A DNA stretch of 62,619 bases, filler included, from Basidiobolus meristosporus CBS 931.73 (taxonomy: Eukaryota > Fungi > Basidiobolomycota), in the NCBI GenBank assembly GCA_002104905.1. It is 3 parts of 3 records of this genome, joined end to end, with 100 filler letters (N's around TTAATTAATTAA, not from the genome) between each part and the next. Parts side by side here need not be neighbours in the genome. Positions count along the whole stretch, not along the records: positions 48,825 to 62,619 come from MCFE01001194.1; 2 more parts are not named here. One strand, written 5' to 3'. Under the pieces are notes generated by a model. That model was given only the letters and a program-made list of their open reading frames with translations. It was not told where the DNA came from and ran no database searches. Positions 61,420 through 62,619 of the stretch are shown here, piece after piece (position 1 is the stretch's first letter; each line of letters opens with the position of its first letter). A program made the position numbers and the translations under genes.

Positions 61420-61939
61420 CTACCATGATAACAGGCTTAAGGGCTTATATTTGTAGATCAGTATATCACAACCTTTATTTAATCTCTTCTTCATACAAAC
61501 ACTGTTCGGAGCATTAACATATACCCCATATCTGTCAGTAGGTTCATATCCCTGCTTTGTGTAAAAGTTGATTGCTGCTTGCATGTTCTGGCCAGTTTCC
61601 AGTATAATCTCCTTGAAGTTTAATTCTTTGATCCAGTTTTCCGATTCAGCGATTACGGGCCGAAGCAACGCCCAACTTCCTCTTTTCAGGGGCGACAAAC
61701 ATTCTTTTTAGTTCGGCCTTTTGAGCATCATATGGTCGGAAACAGACGCAGCCAACGGGCTCCTCATCATCGTATGCCATAACTACTGTGTCTATGTATT
61801 CGATAGTATTTAGCTCCACATAGGCATTTCGCTCCTCCTCACTTAAATGTCCATCAGCGATGGCTAGATACTCGTCTAAGGCAGCTATCAATTGTTTGAA
61901 GCCTTTACCGTTACTGTCTGTTCTCTCGACCCTCAGCAT
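61420..61939 (-). pseudogene. GNAT (Acetyltransf_1) N-acetyltransferase of bacterial type with +1 frameshift at ~61657-61659
   Basis: MLRVERTDSNG..FKQLIAALD, PVGCVCFRPYD..AELKRMFVAPEKR, then after the frameshift ENWIKELNFKEIILETG.NMQAAINFY.KQGYEPTDRYGVY.NAPNSVCMKK. Intronless. The frameshift could be a homopolymer sequencing error. Confidence 0.85.
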
Positions 61940-62619
61940 GTTGTGAGTAAAGGACAACAGCAAAGTTTCGGATTTATTAGAATTAATTGCAGATTTCTAA
62001 TCTTATCACCATATCAAACCGTTCCGCAATTTCAGTGTTGAACAACTCTAGTTGTCCAATGATATTGGTATTGAGCAAAGCGATCTATTGACTGTGTGAC
62101 TTTTCATTTCGAGTTGAATTATGCATTGAAATATATAGTTTGTTTAACTTCTGGAGCATTAGCAGTCGTGTAGTGAGCCATACTTTCCCATTTCCTGCAC
62201 ATTGGTAACTTCATATTGACACTCTACTATTGAACCATCTGATAATCAATAAAACTCAACTTTACGAGCAAAGCAAACCCTTCTGGTGCACTAACACGTA
62301 AATACTATATGCTAAATAGAATATATAAGGACGAATATTGCTTCCTGCTATCATCAGGCTCGCCTCTGGAGAATATTCGACTATCACAACGGCCACCCAT
62401 ATCTGGCTATTTTCAATGGTCTGTCTTTGGTAATGGCTATCAACACTCCTGTTGTCATTCCATATAGCAGAGAGTTATCCACAATATCAGCTGATCGCAA
62501 TCACGTATTTTGGTGTATATCTCGATGTACTTCCCAATCAAGTTTAATGGTCAATCGTGCAGCTAAAAAATCTTCTTTCCGTAAGTGGCTATATTTATAT
62601 ATGTCAATCTTGCCAAATC

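Overview
Eukaryotic fungal genomic DNA with short GT-AG introns of about 59-92 nt. PEX5 and PTR sequence style suggest a zygomycete-grade fungus, possibly Basidiobolus-like; this is inference only. The window has three compartments. (1) 1-~35,000 and ~48,800-51,950: a CpG-depleted nest of decayed transposons. It contains many copies of one ~350-bp Ty1/copia LTR, several Ty3/gypsy families (one full-length), two CACTA/EnSpm (Transposase_21-like) copies, a two-ORF PIF/Harbinger-superfamily (DDE_Tnp_4) element with ATT target duplication, and a 733-bp fold-back derivative of that element. (2) ~35,400-48,100: a tightly packed, CpG-rich core-gene island with a class IV chitin synthase, an MRL1/M6P-receptor-like gene, PEX5, EFR3 and an FAD-monooxygenase pseudogene. 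(3) ~53,700-62,000: an accessory cluster with two near-identical POT/PTR peptide transporters flanking a secreted polyporopepsin-like aspartic protease with an altered catalytic motif, followed by a bacterial-looking GNAT acetyltransferase carrying a 1-nt frameshift. Two 100-nt assembly gaps contain an artificial TTAATTAATTAA linker, so contiguity across them is not assured. No rRNA, tRNA or CRISPR array was recognised. I found no clearly new biological system; the best leads are the Harbinger-like family with its palindrome and the protease/transporter/GNAT cluster. Coordinates and identities were read by eye.
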